Shown piece by piece: positions 26,088-47,610 of a stretch of 64,000 nt of DNA. The translations under genes were made by a program, and so were the position numbers. Each line of letters starts with the position of its first letter. Positions within the stretch are counted from its first letter, which is position 1. The stretch comes from Blastocystis sp. Blastoise. Lineage: Eukaryota > Protista > Bigyra: Opalinata. The stretch covers positions 558,001 through 622,000 of the forward strand of contig JBBPEB010000028.1 in NCBI GenBank assembly GCA_039096225.1, read 5' to 3'. The notes under the pieces were generated by a model that saw nothing but the letters and a program-made list of their open reading frames with translations, was not told where the DNA came from and ran no database searches.

Positions 26088-28524
26088 TTATTGGCTTGTA
26101 AATACTTCAAAATCAATTAAATCAAAATCATTTGATTTATCAGGTTGATTCGTATTTACAAAGAAACTATTCCCTAATTCAGGATAAGGAGGAATATATA
26201 CTGGATTCTCTTTACATAAAAAATCATTACTACCATTTGTGAATTGATCTTTACTAATTTGAGAATGTAAATATATACTACCACAAAATACTAGTTCTGA
26301 ATTGGAATCATTACTAATTAATGCACTATTTGTATATTTAGGATTAATATTTATTTTTGTATAATTATGTCCATGAGGATTTGTTAATGAAAATAAAAAG
26401 GCTTTTGGATCTGCTCTATATCCTTTAGCTTCTCGAAGTGAAATTGGATAATCACTATGATTCTTTCCCCAGCCAACACTAGTATATCCTCCAAATATAT
26501 ACGATTTATTATCTTTTCCTTTTCCTTGTATAATTATTAATGATTCTTTCTCATCACATTTCTCATGCCATTTTTTTACACTTCTATTCTCATCAGAACA
26601 TCTATATAATAATTTCCATTTTTTATCTTCATCAAACCATTTACTTAACTCAATACCAATTTCTTTAGTAATAAGAATAGAATTTGGTAAATATGAATGA
26701 GGATTTGGTATTAATACATATACTTCATATTCATCAACAGTAAACCTATTAGGCTTATCTGGTCCAGCTGTATTTACAAATAATGATGTACATTGAGGAG
26801 TATTATGATGAGCATAATGGAAAATATATCCATTAATATAACTATTATTATTATTACAATCATCGCAAATACGCATATCCATAAAATGAGGACCATATTT
26901 CTTACTACAAAATAATGCACAATCATGTTCTAATATATCATATTTAGTAGGAGGAATATCATGTTCATTACTTAAAGTAAATAAGAAAGATCCACTGTCA
27001 TATTTCAAACCTATATTGTATTATACTATTAAATAATAAATATATATATACAATCATCACTTTGAGATTCCCAATATTGAGTAGTATATCCTCCAAATAT
27101 ATTGATCTTATTATCATGACCTATATGCTTAATAATAGTCACAGTAGGACACTTATTATCACAATATTTATGAAATTCACTTGCTTTATATTTATGTTCA
27201 CTTGCTCTATATATAGATAATAAAAAAAGTGTTATATATACCTAAAGAGTAATTTCCATTGCTTTTCTTTACCAAGCCATTCATTAAGAATATTTATATA
27301 TTCACTATTACCATTTAAAATAATACTATCCACAAAATTTTTATTATTAGGTATAACAGAAGGTATTAATAAATAATCTATTATATTATCAATATATAAA
27401 ATAGAAGATTCTAAAGAATTATTAGTTTTTATTTCATTTGAAGTATTAGTATCTTTTGTATTATTATTATTTGCATTATTATTCACAATTTGGTTTACTT
27501 TATTAGCAGTAGATTCCATTTTTTTAATATCTTTAACAGTATTATATGATATATTATTATTATTATTTATTATATTATTATTATTATTTAATATATTATT
27601 ATTATTATTTGATATATTATTATTATTATTATTTAATACATTACTATTACTTGGTATATTATTATTATTATTATTATTATTTAATATATTATTATTATTT
27701 TTATTTAATATATTATTATTATTACAAAGACTAATAATATTCTTTTTTACTTCATTTATATCTTCTTTCAATTGTTTATTATCATTAATAATTTTATTAA
27801 TATTATCATTTATATCTTTAAATTGATTCATATCTTTTTTAATTATAGATATAGAATTCTTCTGATTATCATTTCCATCTTTAATATATTCAATACTATT
27901 TTTTATTCCATTGATTTCATTATTTTGTTGTTGAATAACTTTCTTCAATTCATCATTATCACTCAAAACTGTCTGAATTTTATTCATCATTTCATCATTT
28001 TTATTTCTTAACCGAATATTATCTTTAGTTAACTGATCCAATTTTAATAGTACCTGAGACACATTACTAGTTAAAGAATCCATTTTATTGTCTATATTCA
28101 TGGCTTCCTTTCGTGTATACGTTATATCATCAATAGGACCATTAGAATCATCATTTCTATAAGAAACAGTATTCAATTTATTAATTAATTGATCCGGAGC
28201 TTCTACTAGATAATAATCAAAGTCATCTTTTAATTCTTCAAGCTCTTTCTTTGATTTTAAATCAAGATAAATCGGTCTTCCATTCATATATTCAAGTATC
28301 AAATCCAGATTTCGATCGTTTTTCCCTATATATACACCATTCTTAGTAGGAATAAATGAAGTTAGCCAGGATTGATAAAAGAAACTATCATTCCAAAGAA
28401 TTTTAAGTCTTTCCACAGAAAGACTACAACGTAATTTATCGTTATCACCAAAGAAAACAACATAACCTTCATCAGTTAAAGAAGAATTAGCAACCAATTT
28501 CTCTTTCTCAAGATCACGAACCAT
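26088..28524 (-). CDS. BTB-like + coiled coil + Asn-rich + two tandem TLDc domains
   Basis: N-terminal LILEYMNG..DDFDYY (BTB/KCTD-like), a heptad region, then two TLDc units, each with WKLL(F/Y)R, FGGYT, FLF(T/S)L and (Y/F)EV. Short introns at ~27208-27241 and ~27011-27051. Confidence 0.88.
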
Positions 28525-29811
28525 CTTTTAATTTATTCATTTATGTTAAAAAAGAATAAAACATTTGATTGTTTGTGAAATTATAGAAAATAAGTGGAGA
28601 ATTTTATTATTTTCTCGTTTTTATTTCAGTTTTTTTTTTCATTTTTTTTTTAAATTTTTATTATAATAATGATAATTTTTTTAGATTTATATCAAATATG
28701 ATATGACTTGATTATTGTAATTATATAAAATAAGTAAATTTCCGAATTATCAACATAAATCGGGTTATGGAAAACAATTGTTCGTATATAAGTCAGCTTT
28801 TAATATGTATTTATTGATATAGGATACTATTGAATTATTTGATAAAATATAAAAACTCATTATTAATATTAAATATTAAATTTGTGATTTTTCTTTTACC
28901 GAATAAAAGATATGTATTTGCTTTTTAATAACATTAACAACACTGTAAATGAATTCCATAAAAAAAGAAGAATGGATTAGGCTATATAAAGAGAATATTT
29001 TTTTTCTTTTACCATAGAAAATAGTTGATTCTTTTTAGCTATATTGAGAATTGAAACTATAAGAAATAGTGCTGTTTCATGTAAATACAAAAATCATTTT
29101 TATCATCAAGAAATAACTCAATAATAGGTCATAATATTTATTTACTATTCTCTGCATATAAATATCGTAACTGTATTATTTATTAAAGTCGTAACCTATG
29201 TTAAATTCATTTTGTTTTATTATGTTTCGACTTCTGGTATATTATCTTTTCTTTTATGTTTCAGATCATTCTCCTTTATTCACACAACCATATTTTATAA
29301 AACATATGAAAAAAATAATAAGAAAAAACAAAATTCCATTCAAGAAACTCATTAAGAACTATATACCAATATCCTAATTCTCTCATAAACAGAATCTAAA
29401 TCAAATTTATTGCATTTCTTGCTTCCTTTATCAAATAAACTTATAAAGTATTAAAAAAAAATGTTTATATGATTATTATGGAAATTCAATGCAATTTTGA
29501 AGAAAAATCAAAAATCAATTAAAAGAGAATCGTTTCCCTGTTCTTCGTATGAAGTCATTAAGAGCAGAATTACAATTCTTTTTTTATTTAATCATAAAAC
29601 CACGAATATATTGATCAAATCCACTGTAAATTAATTTTCGAAAAGAAAAAACTATTTTTTGAATGACACACCTCTCTATTTATATATTTGTGATTATGAC
29701 ACTAGGCTCTGACGCACTTCATATCAAAATCACAAATTATTTAAACAGATAAAAAGAGGAAATCATTTTATTAATATAAGAATCTTTATTTTCTCCCTGA
29801 TCTTTATTAGA

Positions 29812-29976
29812 ATGAAATTCTGTTTCTTTTTATTGTTGCTGTTACTGTGTTGTCAAGCACTTGGTATGCTTATAAATTTATAAAATTATCGATAATGTAT
29901 AGATTGTGGACAGTATTCTTGTTCAACGAGTTCTACACCTAATAAATGTATATTACATTCTTTATTCATCTCATAA
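29812..29976 (+). CDS. Small secreted Cys-rich peptide or 5' fragment of a truncated gene
   Basis: MKFCFFLLLLLLCCQAL, then a GT-AG intron 29864-29902, then DCGQYSCSTSSTPNKCILHSLFIS*. Confidence 0.4.
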
Positions 29977-30004
29977 ATCAAATCACTATTATGTTAATAT
30001 GAAT

Positions 30005-30960
30005 CTCACTGGTAGGCACTTTTGAGTTTTTGAAGGTTTTTGATTGGCTAATTTTCGTTCAGAACTTATTCAGCCAATAAAATTTGAATAAAAAAAAGAC
30101 TTAGGCAAAAAAATGAAAATTTTCACAAAAATTTTAAGACGACGTTCTATTAGACTTTAAAAACCCTATTAGACATATTTTAATAAAGAATTGACATTAT
30201 TTTTTGTTTATTGAGGGTCACACAATATCCAAAACGTTTTTCTTTATTTTAAAGTCGCAATTCCGACAAATAATGGGGTCAATATTTTAAAATATTTTAT
30301 AGTTGTGTTTGAAGTGAAGACCCTCTCAGAGTCATAAATGTAATTAAAAGTCAATCAGCGGACCTCTATGGCTCAGAACCAAAATTCAGCCAAAAAGTCA
30401 AAAATTTATATTTTTTTACACTGAAAAATTGAGCCGAGCCTATTTGTTCCATGGGCAGTCAGACCAGAGTTTTGAATTTTTAAAATATTTACGGGAATAA
30501 TTTTCTTGTTCAAAACTGAGTCTATTTTTATTTTATTGTATATCAGAGGACATAAGAGTTTTAAAAGACTTTTTTTATTTTATTCTATCATGACTTAAAG
30601 TTCCGCATACAAAGAGTATGTCAAAACTTCAAAAAAAACAAGTTTTCCTCAGAATCAAAGAAAAGTCTTTTAAAGAGTTGTTTTGAGAGTTAATTATGTA
30701 TTATAAAAACGTTTCAAGTTATAATCAATAGTTTTTAGAACAGAATATAAACAGATCAGAGAGTCAACAAAAATGAGTAATTTTTTAAAACCTGAAAGTA
30801 GTGGGATACAATAATGTTGTGTCAATAGTGTAATATATAATTGTTAAAACTTGTTATTTTAGTATTGAGTCATAAAAAATTAAAAAAAAAATTATAATGA
30901 ATTTTTATGAAAATTTTTAGTATTTAACTAAAAAATTGACTTTAAATATGAATTTATCTT
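30005..30960. other. Compositionally distinct non-coding element with A/T tracts and inverted repeats
   Basis: Lacks the (TA)n intron style; ATTCAGCCAA twice, CTATTAGAC twice, 14-bp inverted repeat at 30560-30573/30661-30674. Confidence 0.45.
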
Positions 30961-31499
30961 TATTTTTAATTTGTTGCATACAAGCAGATCTAGTGACTGC
31001 TATGCATATCTTAGGTGTTTTCTATACATGTATGTATTATATCATAATTTATTTATTGAATATTTCCTATTTTTTTATATAATTCTTTTAGGTTCTTCAT
31101 TCTGGCTTCCCGTCTGCGTTCAAACAGTCTCTTCAGTCACTATTAGAAGTGTTTGCCAAAAAGAATTGTTGCTATTTATCTATTTGGTAAGGTTTTTTTT
31201 TCCATTTTCTTTTTATTTTTTTTAGGTTTTTTTTCGGTTCTACTAACTCAAAACACTGTCAAACAACAACCAAATATGTTATCAATAGTATATAAATATC
31301 GTATATATTTTTTTTCGTTTGCATTAACATTTTTCTTTTTTTTTATTTTCCTATATTAAATATTTATTTAATTTTTATTTATTTTAATATTATAATATTT
31401 TAAGCTAATCTTATTATATTATATATAGAATATGAATTTTTCTTTCCCATTTACAAATCCGATTGTTGGTAATATTCTTTCAAATTAAAATGGTATGTC

Positions 31500-31618
<119 letters not shown>

Positions 31619-32140
31619 TAGAGAGAGAGATGATCAAGATAAATTAGCTGGTTATTTAGCACATTATCTTTAGATATTAAAAGAAGTATATATAATTATA
31701 GTATATAATATATATATATATGTTTATATAATATATATATATAGGTAAGGATTTAGATAATTTGGTGGATGACCATATATCGGATGAAATATATATTAAG
31801 ATGTTACAGAGGTGGAAAAGAGATATATATATATATATTAGCCAATATATGTCATAATGGTATATATATATAATTTCATTTTTTTTTTAATATTTATAAT
31901 ATCTAATTATTATTATTATATAGATTCTGCATCTATACAAATGATAATAGAAATTTATTTTTCTTTATTAACTCCATCTTTTTCAAATCCTTATATAATA
32001 CAGCAATTATTTACCTCTGCATTACTTGATGCTTTCTATATATTAACTCCTTTCTATAAACCAGAAGTAATACATAAATTATTCTTAGAAAAGAAAATTA
32101 ATATTAATGGTATTAGTATGAATAGTATTAATACTAATGC

Positions 32141-32355
<215 letters not shown>

Positions 32356-33346
32356 TACCTATTGTATCTTCTATAAATAATAATAATAATATAATAGGTA
32401 ATAAATTATTAGGCCATTCTTATCCTTCATCAATACGTATATCTACTCCTTCTACTCATATAGGTACATCTACATATATACCTCCATCTTGATCAGCAAC
32501 TTCACCTTCTTCTATTCCTCTTTCTCTCTCGAATTTACAATATAATAGTCAACACCATCTGATGAAACAAAACTCAAATAGTAGTTATCATGAAAATAAT
32601 GATTGTGTTTCGTCACCTATTGTAGATAGTTCTATATCGAATTCGGCTTCTCCTCCTTCTACATCAAATAGTATTATAATAAATAATAATGAATTATATG
32701 TTGATACTACTACTAATAATAATATACATTCTTTCTCTCATAATCCTTCTGGTTCGAATAGAAATTCTTTAGAGCCCTTAGAATATGATTCTGAAATACC
32801 TTTTCCAAAAGCTTCTATTACTCCTATACCTTCATCTACATCAATTTCTCCTTATGAAGTCAATAATAGTAATGAAATAGTATTTGATGGTGATAGAAAT
32901 GAAATATATACTACTACTACACAAGGAAATTCATCTTCATTCTCTGAAATACGTCCCTTAAATATGGACATTATATATAAAGAAGCAGATAATGATATAG
33001 AAACATCACCTATATCGAAAAGTACTTCTCCTATTCCTCTAAAGAGAATCAATAGTATTAGTAATGGTGAATTATTTGAAAATGATAATAATAATACTAG
33101 TAATAATACTAATGATACAAATACTATTCCTCAGAATGTTAACAGTCCGTTATCCGCACATTTATCTTCAACGATAACCAATCAAATCAATTCAACGTTA
33201 CAATCTTCAGATCTTAATACTTATATTGATTATACTTATGATATACATAATAATCATTGTGCTAATAATATATTATTAACTCCTACAAATAAAGATAGAA
33301 TAGCTATTTCTCATCATAATAGTATTATTACTTTAGGAAAGAATAA

Positions 33347-33379
<33 letters not shown>

Positions 33380-34837
33380 ACTGAGTGTATCTTCGTCAGC
33401 ATTACCCCCACTTCCCTCTCCTCGATCTGGAGGGAGAATGAGAGTTGCCAGTAGAGATTTTGGATTTAATTTTGAACCTAATAAAAAAGGTATATATTGT
33501 TATGTTTATTATATTTATTATTATTATATTTATATTTATTATATTCATTATTATTATATTTATTATTATTATTATATCTATTATTATTATTATTATTATT
33601 ATATTATATTTATTATTATATCTATTATTATATTTATTATTATTATTATATCTATTATTATTATATTTATTATAATTATTATTATTATTTATATTTATAA
33701 ATATATAGTTTATGAAACCCTATATCACAAACATAAATAATTATATTAGCATCTGAATGTAGTTATTGTGCAGAATTATATATATATATATAAATTGATA
33801 TGTATTTGTCAAGCTAAAAAATAAAGATTTAAATTATACGCTCTTAACTCCTTCTCATCCTTATTTGTTACCTCGTGTTCCTCTTATTCTTTCTTCTTAT
33901 TCATTCCTTAATATATATACATAAACATAAATATACATAACAAGCATTAGGAATAATTTATAAATATAAAGGAATATATAGCTCTATAGTCATGTACTTC
34001 CCTTATGTATGCTATATATATATATATATAGATATTTATTATTATTATTATTATATTTATTATTATTATTTTTATATAGAATCTATATATTATTATATAT
34101 TACTATTATATTATTATATAGAATCTATGTATTCTATGGATGTGTGAATCCCTCTGTCAGCTACTTACATCACATGATCTTCTTATTAAATATTTTATAG
34201 GGTATATATATATATGTATATATATATATAATATTTAGTTTCTATTTTTTTAGATATACTTATTATCCCCGTGGTTATGTACAGTTCTTCGTATTTCTCC
34301 TTCTTCATCTTCCAGTATTATTGTGGGTGTTGTCTTTATGAATCATTAATCGCGGGGAATATTACTTCTCCAGTATTTCTCAATTTATATATTTAAATAT
34401 ACACTATAAAACTTTTGATATAAAATATTATACATAGTATTAACTATTTTATATTTATAATTAATGTATATATAGATATTAAAATGCTATACATATGATA
34501 GATATGACATTATATATTTATAAACCACAAATACATCAATATATATATACTTACTACATACCTCCTAGTATACCAGCGTTTTATTTCTCTCCTTGATAAC
34601 CATGATTATCGTAAGCATGGTTATTATGTATCCTGTATATAATAGTTATTATACTTATTAGTTTGTATTATATTATTTATCTTATTCTATCCCTTCATAG
34701 TGTCTCTCCCTTCCTTTCTATTCCTTAACTCTTCTCGTTATATCCTAGTATCCTCCTTTCCTTTCTCCCTATATATCACTCTCTCATACTCCTTGAATAA
34801 TTGGTATACCCACCGCCGCAACTAATCTACTTTTTAT

Positions 34838-34872
<35 letters not shown>

Positions 34873-35649
34873 CATAGTTTTATAGTCATATATATATATA
34901 GGATAGAAAGAAGTTCCTTACATATACATATTATATGTATTATAATGATATGTTACTTATATTTATATATATTATCTAATATCTATTTTATCTATTTTTT
35001 ATTGTGTTATATTTATTTTTTATATACATTTTGTTTAGTAGTATTTGAGAATAAGATTATTTTAAAAGAATTCTTTTGGAATAACATAAAAAGGAGTTTA
35101 ACATAAATACAGTTTCTATTTATATTTTATGATATTCTTTATAATGTCTAAAACCACTTACAAACCTCTCAGACATTCTCAGTTTATTTATTCACTAATA
35201 ATAATATATGATTCGTTGAACTAAAACATATTATAAAACAAAAGTTGCCAATTGTAAATTGTATCTTCATAAATAGCTATACTAAATATATTTTTTGATT
35301 CTCTATTGCATTCTTATTATAAATAAAATACTATTATATAAAAATAACTAACAAATATATTTAATTGTAATTATAGTTTATTAAAATAACAATTTTCTTG
35401 TTTAATTAAGTCCAGAAATCTGTTATAATAGAATAATTAAGCTTAATGTACACATATAACATTTATATATCAATTAAAAATTCAAATAGACTTTTATATA
35501 GAGAAAAAGGGAAAATTTTAAAATTTTTTAACCCCTGGAAACAACGAATTTACACAAACTTTTATTATAGAAAAAAAGATTTTATAAGGGGGAATTTCTC
35601 TTTATTTTTAAGATTTAATATTTTCACATATTTATTTTTATTTTTATTT

Positions 35650-36330
35650 ATTTTTCAGATATTTTTTATATATTATAAGATGTATATAATATTTTTTATT
35701 TGCTTTAAACTTTATAGTCTTCATGATCTATCCAAATAGATTCAAATAGGTCCTAATTGGTCTTCTTCTTTAAAGTTAAACAATGAGTTGTGGGGTCTAT
35801 GTAACTAGAAATCTTGTGCTATTAAAGGTATATATTTTTAGCATATTCTCTTTGTTATTATTATTATCATCTTCTAAAGGTTCAGGTGTTGTTGTCGGTC
35901 TCCTTGGTTAACAACTCCCTGGTTTTGAAGGTATTTTATTATATTTTATTTTTTTAAAATTAACTACTTTTATTTTTATATAGGTTCTAGGTCCTTCATG
36001 AGGTTTCTCTTGGTCTAGTCTGTTTGGTGGTTGAAGGTATATTATTATAATATATTTATTTTTATAAATTATATTTTTATAGTTGTGGTTTTTCTTCAAG
36101 GGGTATTCTACAAGTGATACATAAAGGTATATATTTATATGTTATCTATATTATTATCATTTCTATCATTTATGTATATATAGTGATCCAAAATGATATC
36201 AAATTACTCAAAAATATTATAAATAATTATTATTTTATTATCTTTATTATTGTTATTATTTTTTTATTATTATCTATTGTCTTTTGTTATATATATTTTT
36301 ATTATCATTCACACAACGATAAATAAATAA
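35650..36330 (+). ncRNA. Putative spliced non-coding (or micropeptide) transcript, locus L2
   Basis: G/T-rich exon-like blocks ~35750-35827, 35880-35930, 35984-36036 and 36083-36126, each ending AAG|GTAT with AG acceptors; short collinear matches to L1. Confidence 0.5.
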
Positions 36331-36419
36331 AAAATGACGTTTCTAAAAGAATTCTGAACGAATGAAAACAAACAACATACCCGACAAAATTAGTCTATTT
36401 TTTGGCCACTCTATTCGCT

Positions 36420-37366
36420 ATGACTGAAAAGTGTCTTAAAATTTTTTGTTTACTTTTTCTCATTTGTCGCTTTTTTGATATCCGTGAAAATGCCTACCAG
36501 TGTCTAGCTTGTTCTTATGTTTTTCAAACCTCTACTGATGGAAGTATAAGTTCTATAGAAAAAGAAATCGTCTATTATACTCCAAATGAGGATTCTCACA
36601 CTGAAATATTTGCAATTATTACAAAATATACAGTGATCTCCCAAGATAATAAAGATATTCTAAAGATTAATGTTCAAGATGCTCAGATTGTTGTGTATAA
36701 TATATCATCATTTTTATCTCAAGGTTATAAATGTAATCAACTGGTATCTGAAAATAGATACTACAGTTTAAAGTATGATTTATATTTTAAAGAAATTTCT
36801 ATAACAATAGAATTCTACATATATATATATTACTTTAGAACTTTGTCATGTGTCACTACAAGAAGAGATGATTTAACTATATATCGTAATATGATTGGAC
36901 AAGAAACAAATTTCACTATCACTCAAAAAAGTATATATATATAGTTTATATTATTATTATTAATAATAAAACTATGTATAGGCGATAAACAATATATTCT
37001 TAATAATACTTCATCTACATATATAAGTTCAAAAGGTATTTTTCTAACTTATATATATATATAATATATAGGTTGTCCTTTTCATTATAGCGCATTAAGT
37101 CAAATATTATTACTTATATTCTTTTCAATCTTTATTTTTGTTATTCTACTTGTTACGTACTTTATGTATATATTATATTTATTATATATTATATATTGTA
37201 TTTATTATATTTATTATGTATTGTATTTATTATATTTTATATTTATTATATTTATTATATTTATTATAGTGTATTAAAGAAGAAGAAGAATGTGACTGAG
37301 TCTCTACCAATTACTCCTCAATCTACTCTTCCTGTATTCTTATTGGCTGAACAATTTAGTGTTTAA
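36420..37366 (+). CDS. Hypothetical single-pass membrane protein
   Basis: N-terminal hydrophobic segment (KIFCLLFLICRFF), spliced exons, TM segment IILLIFFSIFIFVILLVTYF followed by LKKKK, TAA at 37364-37366. Confidence 0.7.
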
Positions 37367-37393
37367 TCTTCACACTCATTTTCTTATGGTTTT

Positions 37394-37445
<52 letters not shown>

Positions 37446-38247
37446 CTCTCATCGAATCATCTTCCAAATGAATAGTTTTTCCTTAATAAATATATATATA
37501 TAATTTATTTATTATTATCAATATCAATTTCTTTTTTTTTTCTATAAAAAAAATTCTTTTTCATTTTTCTGTTCTCTGTTTCATATTATTTAAATATATA
37601 CTTATTCTTCAGCATTCACAAAAATAATGTTTCATGTCATATATATGTGTGTTTATTATTTCTTATTTATATGATTGATTCTTATTTAACTATATATATA
37701 TGGCAACCTTTTCTAAATCACATTTCATCTTCTATTTTATATGTGTTAGTGTCCTATTATGTCAAATCATTTTTGTATAAGTCACTCTCTTTTTTTGTGT
37801 TTTATTTCGTTTTTAATCTAAAATACAAAGAAACATACCATTACTCTATTCTTTAATCAACTACATATTGCACAATAATCATACACCACTTAATAAACAT
37901 TATTCTACAACATACAACGCGTGATTATAATAAAAAATGTCAAATTTGATTATTTGTCTGAATACTTGATATGATGACTTTATTATTCTAGATGATACTA
38001 ACTCAATCCAATCTTAAATATCTTCAAATATGAATAAAATCAACAAAAACAAACAATATAAAAATGAAAAAAAAACGAAAAAATAATTGGATCAAAAACA
38101 TGTTCTCAATTTAGAATCAGACAAGTCATTGGATTAGTTTTTCATTAAAAAACAAAGATTCTAACGAATTTCTTCCTTTTATTTGAATTATCAAAAGATG
38201 AGTTTTCTCTTTGAAATTATTATCTAGTTACATAAGATCAGCTTAGT

Positions 38248-45252
<7,005 letters not shown>

Positions 45253-45863
45253 GATTTCAATTGAAAGAAACCTATTCTGTTTCTCATACTTTTTTATCAT
45301 TTTCTCCTTTTCAAACAATAGTTTTCATTACATTTCCTTATTATTTGTATGATTTTTGTTGAAAACAATCCATAATTAATTTCAATTCATAGTTACATAG
45401 TAATTCTGACAAGAAAATGATAGAAGTCATACTTTATTACAACTAAAAATATGAGCAAATAGACTATATTGATGAAATAATATATAAAATAAGCATTAAA
45501 TAGTTTCAATAATAAAATAGAATTCAAAGAATGCAAAAATAAATGAGCAAATACAGTTTTAAAACTAAAATTCCATTTATTTTAGAAAATTATTACATTC
45601 ATACTCTGAGTAAGAGAATCCTTATTTTGAACACGTCATTCTAATTATGCATTTTACAATAGAACAGAAGATATTGATGAAAATAGTGACGTGTCTCTTA
45701 TAAAAGAGCAAGTTCTAAGAATTCTGATTAACGACGTAATCGTGTTTATTTATGATAAATCAGTGACATCATCGATTTTTCCATTTTGTACTAGAAGAAT
45801 TCATTTAGAATATCATTTTTTATATTTTTGTTTTTGAGATATATTTCTTTTTCTTTTGGAGTT

Positions 45864-46556
45864 ATGTCCACTGAACTCAGAAACAGATTGTAAATTTATA
45901 TATATACATGTAATGCTATGTATATTTTATAAATATAGTAATAAAGAAAGAGATACAGCAGGAGAAGACTCCGATTCTGTCGCTGAAACTCCTAGTAATG
46001 CTGTATCTGAACCAGAAACAATCACTATAAAAAAGACATTTAAAGGAAGAGTTGAACAATTACTTGGATATGTTTTAGGAGATGCTTATTATTTAGTTAA
46101 GTATCCTCACACGATTACTTGGTTAATGTTATTCTTATGTATATGTGTGACTTATTTCGGATTCATTCGTACTCCTGGAACTTATGAACAAGATATAAAA
46201 GCAGGTATTTGTCTTCTTTGTGTTTTCTTCACTATTTTTGGTGCATTAAATGTATGTTTTTTTTTAATATTTTTATTTTTTTTGTTTTTATATAAATATA
46301 TTTATAGATTCAATTTATATATATATATATAGTTCCCTAACAGTCCTCTTATTCGTCCTCATCCTTGTGTTTGGAAGATTTTATTATCTTTTGCATTAAT
46401 CTATGAAATGTTCTTATTATTCTTATTATGTTTAACTCAAGATGACGCTCGTCTTTTCTTAAAATATATAGATCCCTCATTAGGTATATAGAGATTTATT
46501 TTTATTTATTTATTTATTTTTTTTTTATTTGTTTTTCTCTTTTTTATATTTAAGCT

Positions 46557-46608
<52 letters not shown>

Positions 46609-47564
46609 TTCTTATGAATAGGTGTTCCACTTGCATATCGTGATTATGCCAGTGATTGTCGTGTATATACACCTGAAAAAGATTTCCCCTTCTCAAATGT
46701 CCGAGATGTTGTTTTCGACGAATTCTTTTTATCTCATTTATTAGGGTGGATTGCTAAGGTATATTTTTTATTATTATTATTATGTGTATTATATTTATTA
46801 TTATTATTATTATTATATTTATTATGTGCTATTATTTTTATGTTTATTATGTGCTATTATTATGTGTTATTATTATTATTATTATGTTTATTATTATTAT
46901 TATTATATATTACACTATTTATATATATATAACATACAAACTATATATATATATACTATATAGGCTTTAATATTTAGAGATTGGGGCATATTATGGATAT
47001 TATCTATACTATTTGAAGTCTTAGAAGTCTCTTGTGAACATATATTATTTAACTTTAAGGAATGCTGGTGGGATAAAGTATTTGCGGATGTTCTTGGATG
47101 CAACTTTGTTGGCATGTATATTATTATTTAGACTTATTAATATTATTATTATTCTTTATATAGTTATGTATAGAATTATTTATATAGCTATTTATAATTA
47201 TATATATAATTATATATATATATATAGGGCTATTGGTATGTGGATCGTAAAGAAGCTCCAAGCACGTGATTATCATTGGGTAGATTATCCTGATATACCG
47301 AATAACTGGGGAAAAATGAAACGTATTGTTGCTCAATTCACTCCTATGAGTTGGACTACTTATAAATGGAATATGTTTGGTTCCTTCCGTCGTTATGTCC
47401 AATGTGCTGGTGTTATTATTCTCTTTGAAATCGTTGAAATGGATGCATTCTTCTTAAAATCATCACTCTATCTTGAACCTCCTGTATATATTATTATTAT
47501 ATTTATTATTATTATTATTAATTTATTTATTTTTATTATTATTAATTTATTTTTATTATTATTA

Positions 47565-47610
<46 letters not shown>

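Noticed and set aside
29478-29590. Fragment KNQLKENRFPVLRMKSL resembling the LRR-like family FPxL motif
   Set aside because: Too short and isolated to support.
31620-31690. Vps54-like motif (QDKL..HYLDI)
   Set aside because: Needs a frameshift, and no other exon supports the assignment.
35790-36330. Selenoprotein reading of L2 through two TGA codons
   Set aside because: No selenoprotein-like motif and no recognisable SECIS element.
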